Part shown: piece by piece, positions 58,682 to 64,000 of the stretch
Position numbering within the stretch: position 1 is the first letter of the stretch
How the letters are laid out: every line of letters begins with the position of its first letter
Position numbers and translations under genes: made by a program
NCBI RefSeq assembly: GCF_964188315.1
Contig: NC_135668.1
Location: 9,362,001-9,426,000, forward strand
From: Podarcis muralis
Lineage: Eukaryota
DNA: 64,000 bases
Direction of reading: 5' to 3'
The notes under the pieces: model-generated
Seen by the model: only the letters and a program-made list of their open reading frames with translations
Databases searched by the model: none
What the model was told of the DNA's origin: nothing

Positions 58682-59401
58682 TATACTGCTGTAAATAACC
58701 TAGGGTTCTAGTGTTACCAAGTACTAGATCAATAAAGATTAAATCTCGTGTCTAGCATGGCAACAGTTTAGTGGGATCAAATGCTGCTTTATATAACAAA
58801 AGGCCTGAAAACAGTATTTGGCAATCTGCAAAGCTAGGGTGGAATAAAATTCCCTTCTACTCTTCCCACCCCCTACACCCCGCTCTGCCCCATATCTCTT
58901 ATTTGTAGATATGAGAAGAGGCAGACTAGCAATCAAATCCTAGACTAATACAACACATAAAATACTATTGATTTATAAAATGCATTTATGCATACCGTGT
59001 AGTGGTTAGAATCTCAGACTAGGACCTGGGAGACCAGCATTCAAATCCCGCCTCTGCCATGAAGCTCACTGCATGACTGGGCCAGTCAGTCTCTCTGCCT
59101 AACCTACCTGGCAATGTTGTTGGGATTAAATGGGACCATGTATGCCACCTTGAACTCTTTGGGTGAGGGATACAGTGTGCATTATCAGGAGTGCCAACTT
59201 GAATAAAATACTGTAGGGGGGCTCAGGTAATTAGTCACATGATGCAGTGCACACACTATTTGAATGGGAATGCCTATTAACTGGGTGGGAGTGGCCCCCT
59301 CAAATATTTTATTGTGGGGTCCGAAGCCCCTATGGCCCCTACGTGCATTATACAAAGTAGCAAAGCGCAGTCAAATTTGTACATTCATAAGTTTGTGTGT
59401 A

Positions 59402-59763
59402 GGGGACGCGGGTGGCGCTGTGGTCTAAACCACAGAACCTAGGGCTTGCCGATCAGAAGGTCGGTGGTTCGAATCCGTGCGACGGGGCGAGTTCCTGTTG
59501 CTTGGTCCCAGCTCCTGCCAACCTAGCAGTTTGAAAGCACGTCAAAATGCAAGTAGATAAATAGGTACCGCTCCAGCGGGAAGGTAAACTGCATTTCTGT
59601 GCGCTGCTCTGGTGCGCCAGAAGCGGCTTAGTCATGCTGGCCACATGACCCAGAAGCTGTCTGCGGACAAACGCTGGCTCCCTCGGCCAATAAAGCGAGA
59701 TGAGCGCCGCAACCTCAGAGTCGGCCACGACTGGACCTAATGGTCAGGGGTACATTACCTTTT
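59402..59763 (+). mobile_element. Sauria SINE, full length
   Basis: 13-bp TSD taagtttgtgtgt. Confidence 0.92.
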
Positions 59764-59899
59764 TAAGTTTGTGTGTGCATGTGACAAATTCGGGAGGGGC
59801 CATCCCGTTAGATTGTAATACACCGCTTTTTTGGGGGGAATCCCCCCTAACCGCCCCACCCTGTCCTGTATTTTGCCAGAACCAGGTGGCAACCCTACA

Positions 59900-60700
59900 C
59901 GACGGAAGAGGCAGGAAAAGCAAGGCGGAGCCAGCTGCCCAGCCCCAGGCATGCGTCTACTCGGGAGTAAGCCCCCCGCTCAATTCCACGGAAGCCAAGC
60001 GAGGTGAGACCAGGCGTGGGCGAGGAGGATGCCAAGAGGCCACGCCCTGCTCCTCGCTCCCGCGCCCCCTCCCCGCGCTCCGATTGGCTGCCCACCTCCG
60101 TCCCCCTCTCCCCCCTCCTCACTCTTTCCCAGGGGCGGCTCCGGCTCCGCCCCTTTTTTCCCTCTCCGAGGCCCCGCCCCCTCGTCCTGGCGCCGCCGCG
60201 GGCTCCCCTCTCCCCATAAGCCGCCTGTTGCCGCTTCCGGCGGGGCTGTGCGGGAGCCGGAAGTGGCCTCCGCGGGTGGCGGCGGCGACATGGCGTCGGG
60301 AGGCTCCCCTGTGGACCGGCTGCCTCCGCCTTTCCCCGCGGCGGAGCCTGCGGGCGTCCCGGAGGCGGGCAGCGACTCGGACGGGGAGGACATTTTCACC
60401 GGCAGCTCCGTGAGTGGCTTCCTCAGGGGGGGCGCCCTCCCTCCCTCCCCCTGCTGGGACCCCCACCACCAGAACCCCCGCCTTGTCAGGCGTCGCCTTG
60501 AGAAGTTTCTGCGGACTTGGCGAGGAGGGGCCACGGCGGGTCCGATGCCCCCGTGCATCCTCTCGCCCGAAGCGGAGCCTTGCGGGGTTCAGGGGGGCTT
60601 TGCTACCCCGGAAATCGTGTGTGTGTGTAGCAGAAAATATGAAAAATAAATTTAAGGAACCGCAGAAAGAGGGAGGGGGAGGGAGTCAAGTTTCGAAAGG
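59900..60700. promoter_or_regulatory. SNX1: SNX1 CpG-island promoter
   Basis: Very GC/CpG rich; inverted CCAAT (about 60083), GC box (about 60171), ETS sites cttccgg and ccggaagt (60235-60264), YY1-like gacatggcg over the ATG. Confidence 0.8.
60290..60409 (+). CDS. SNX1: Sorting nexin 1 exon 1 (the rest of the gene was not found in this window)
   Basis: MASGGSPVDRLPPPFPAAEPAGVPEAGSDSDGEDIFTGSS|gtgagt. RLPPPFP and DSxGEDIFTG are SNX1/SNX2 N-terminal motifs; MASGG favours SNX1. Confidence 0.88.
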
Positions 60701-61823
60701 TTAAGATGACTGTAAACTCATTGAAACGCATAAATCTGAAAATCATAATTATATATATATATTATGAGAAATTGTGTGTGTAGGATTGCAAACTTAAGGG
60801 CAGTGCAAGCTTTCGGAAACGGGCTGCAAACTGCCCACTTCTTTAGTTTCCACGAAGTTGTTCAGCAAGGGTGTGGGTGTATCTTTCCGTGCATTCGAGT
60901 GGGAAGGTGCGGTTGGTCTGCTTGTGTTGTTTTCGTCGTGCATTTTGTGTTGTGCTTTTGTGTCGTAAGGCGCCCTGTGACCTTCCAGTGAAAGATGGTG
61001 TACGAATTCCATAAAGAATCATACATGTGGGGCTGGAAAGGCTAAATGGCGAATATCTTACCCATTTCCCCTCCCCCTTTCTGTATAGGTACCTGCCTTC
61101 GGTGGGTAGCCCATTTATGCAGTCTTCCTGTACTCTGTTCCTTGAAGATGTGTTATGATAAACCTGGTGGCATTTAAAGTGCCACAAGGTTCTTTACTGG
61201 TTTTCCTGCAATAGAGTGGGGCATGGCTTCCTCTCAGAATGCTGCAGATTGATTGATTGTAAGGATATGGTGATGGGAAATCAAATCTTGGGTGTATGTT
61301 ATGAATCTGTTGCATGGTGGAGGCTTGGAAGCAGTTTAAATCTAGAACATAAAATCATCTTTGCCCCCTCCTTTGGTTGGGCTGGAGGTCCTACCAGTGT
61401 TGACTGTTTGATCAAAGTTCTAGACTTGGGTTGAGTTCAGGTCTAGCTTTCAATCCCCAGTTTTGTCCATTGCAGCAAAGCAGCCCCCTAATATGTTACC
61501 TCTCTGTAGCTACTTAATCTATCATCTTTTCTCTGTTTCATAGCCTTTCTTTGCTAATAAGACTTCATAGGAGGCTCTCTAAATCCCATGCTGCATAAGT
61601 GCATATATTTTGTATTGTTCCTGAGAGTTGCTGCTACTGCTTGTCTTAAAATGAATTTTGTTTACTTTGAGGCTTGTTTTATGTTACACTTCTTCGGGAA
61701 TACTAGGTCATACACTTGATTAGTCTTTAAACACTCGCATCCCAAGTCAGTGGTATGTTTTCCACTGAACAGTTACCCTCTCCATTAGTCTGAAAGGACT
61801 TGAATTTACTTTATGGTTAATTG

Positions 61824-61880
61824 CTCAAAAGGAAGATAACTTTAATCTACTGTCCTCAAAAGGATAACTTTAATCTACTG
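61824..61880. repeat. Short tandem duplication (about 29-bp unit x2)
   Basis: ctcaaaagg(aa)gataactttaatctactg occurs twice. Confidence 0.88.
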
Positions 61881-62761
61881 ATTCACATTCTTACCGTTGC
61901 TGATTATGGCAATTTTTACCTGTTCTTATCAACAACATCCTGAAAAGCCTTTCTTACTGCATGCAAAAAAACCTGTGCCCATGTTCATTCAACCATCCTT
62001 TGACCAGTCCTGGGGATGTTCATCATGTGATGGAATATAATTGATGTGATGGAAAAAGTTTGGTGCAATTAAGTTTTTAGCAAAATTGTCCTATCCTGAT
62101 TCCTTTTTTAGAAGATTACTGCTACCAAACTTAAGTTAATGCGAAGGGAACTTGTAAACTGCAAACAGGGCATGGAATTCTGCTTGAGGAGCCCCTTTTT
62201 TGCAGTGGATGCCCTATCTTATCTAGATGCAGCTAACTGTTGGCTAAGAGTCATAGTTAGTCAATGTTTACCAGGTCTTATGTTTCCAGAAAGAAATGTT
62301 TCTTTCAGGTAACAGTCTGTGTGATAAACTGCAAAACCTAAAAAGTGAATGGCTTTGAGATACCTACATAAAAAGAGATGAACTTGAAATTCAGATTCCT
62401 GGTAAGGGGATGAGGAAGAACTCTGTGGCACCAATTGACTGGAAAGAATCAGTAAGCATGATGCCGGAAGTTGCTCAATCTCTGTAGAAATCATGCAAAA
62501 ATTGCAAAATTTCACCAAAATGACTAGAGCTGTTGGAAACCAATACTCTGCTCAGTATTGGTAACTTTCTAAGAATTCTCCATGGATAATAGTATATCTA
62601 CTTCTGATCTAATTCCCCGCCCCCTACAGTACCATATTTCTAGCTCTTACTGATACAGAAATGCAAGTACCAAAGCAGAAGAATGGACTAAGGCTCACAA
62701 CACTGTATTTTGGGGAACAATACAGCCTTATTTAACTGTAGGGCCGTATGTAGGGCCGCAT

Positions 62762-63298
62762 GGTGACACCTGGCTTGAGAGCAGTACATGTGAAAAGGAT
62801 CTAGGAGTCTTGGTTGACCACAAACTTGACATGAGCCAACAGTGTGACGCGGCAGCTAAAAAAGCCAATGCAATTCTGGGCTGCATCAATAGGAGTATAG
62901 CATCTAGATCAAGGGAAGTAATAGTGCCACTGTATTCTGCTCTGGTCAGACCTCACCTGGAGTACTGTGTCCAGTTCTGGGCACCACAGTTCAAGAAGGA
63001 CACTGACAAACTGGAACGTGTCCAGAGGAGGGCAACCAAAATGGTCAAAGGCCTGGAAACGATGCCTTATGAGGAACGGCTAAGGGAGCTGGGCATGTTT
63101 AGCCTGGAGAAGAGGAGGTTAAGGGGTGATATGAGCTGTTCGACAGTGGAATTTGCTGCCAAGGAGTGTGGTGGAGTCTCCTTCTTTGGAGGTCTTTAAG
63201 CAGAGGCTTGACAACCATATGTCAGGAGTGCTCTGATGGTGTTTCCTGCTTGGCAGGGGGTTGGCCCTTGTGGTCTATTCCAACTCTATGATTCTATG
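62762..63298 (+). mobile_element. CR1 LINE 3' fragment with internal deletion
   Basis: [30 protein letters not shown]...[15 protein letters not shown]; ATTCTATG tail. Confidence 0.93.
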
Positions 63299-64000
63299 TT
63301 GCCATAAGCTGTGCCTTTTCATACAGAATAAAAGGGTGCAGAAACTTGCAGCCTCAAACTTCCAATCAAGTTTCTGCAACTTAGAACTTCAGGGAGCGCA
63401 TGAAACATAAGAACTTCTTCTGAAGCAGTATGGCTCTGGGAGAGCTGCAGGGGACTGAAGCCTTCCAAGGATTTGTTTGTCGTCAGCAAGCCTTGCTCCT
63501 GCAGCTCATTGCTCTGGCAACAAAGAGTCTGACTTCTAGCCTCAACAGCTCTGTCCATGGTGCCTCTTGGGTCTGTGACCCTGTTCATGCTGCTCTTTTA
63601 TTTATTTATTTTGAAATTAGCAACTCAGCCGTGCAAACAGTGTCAGTGCTGTCTCCAGATACCAGAGCATTGTGTCTTCAGAAAGCTGTTGGGAAACAGT
63701 GGGCCTTTATAAGCCAGCACTACAATGACAGAATAGTGTAAAATGCACCAGTGTATGTATTATTAATTCTGCCCCAAATAAACTTTTTTGACTTCTATTC
63801 TTCATAGCTGCTGAGAAGAAACATACTTAATGTACTGAAATGGGAAGGGGTTTTTATTTAAATAAGGGTTTGCAAAAACGTTGGGTTTGCAAAATAACTT
63901 TACCTTTGGTAAAGTTGGCAGAGTTTTGTGAAACCCATGGCATCCATGTGACTGAAGGCATGCAATATATTTTTTCAGTCTTCTGTGGGCATATACTTCA

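Noticed and set aside
59980-60649. Long antisense ORFs (192-206 aa) and the 237-aa ORF at 59700-60413 over the SNX1 promoter
   Set aside because: Low-complexity Pro/Gly/Arg products expected in a stop-poor CpG island; no CIAO2A or other recognisable protein.
62261-62518. 85-aa minus ORF, and ORFs at 63319-63741 in SNX1 intron 1
   Set aside because: No recognisable domain, splice context or mitochondrial similarity; no SNX1 exon 2 was found in the window.

Overview
Vertebrate genomic DNA, most likely a squamate (lacertid-type lizard), inferred from Sauria SINEs, Bov-B LINEs, L2/CR1 LINEs and many hAT/Tc1-mariner MITEs. I rebuilt four protein-coding genes by hand from splice sites and reading phase. 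TRIM69 (minus, 6 coding exons, 504 aa) and B2M (minus, 3 coding exons, 118 aa, with an ISRE/kB/X/Y promoter) are complete. PATL2 (plus, 17 coding exons, about 710 aa) is divergent from B2M. Only exon 1 of SNX1 (plus) is present, in a CpG island. Most other six-frame ORFs come from repeats or are chance. Best leads: a Sauria SINE that creates an alternative splice donor and a stop codon able to truncate TRIM69 before PRY-SPRY; Bov-B-family insertions sitting just behind splice donors; a solo-LTR-like element whose ORF carries an HMGN-like RRSARL motif; a Bov-B copy with twin-priming geometry; a B2M lacking the Ig tyrosine corner and carrying an N-glycosylation sequon; an in-frame route for B2M-TRIM69 read-through; a long PATL1-like PATL2 N-terminus; and a U12-like intron. 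No database search was run. Gene and repeat names, and comparisons with human or chicken sequences, rest on recall.
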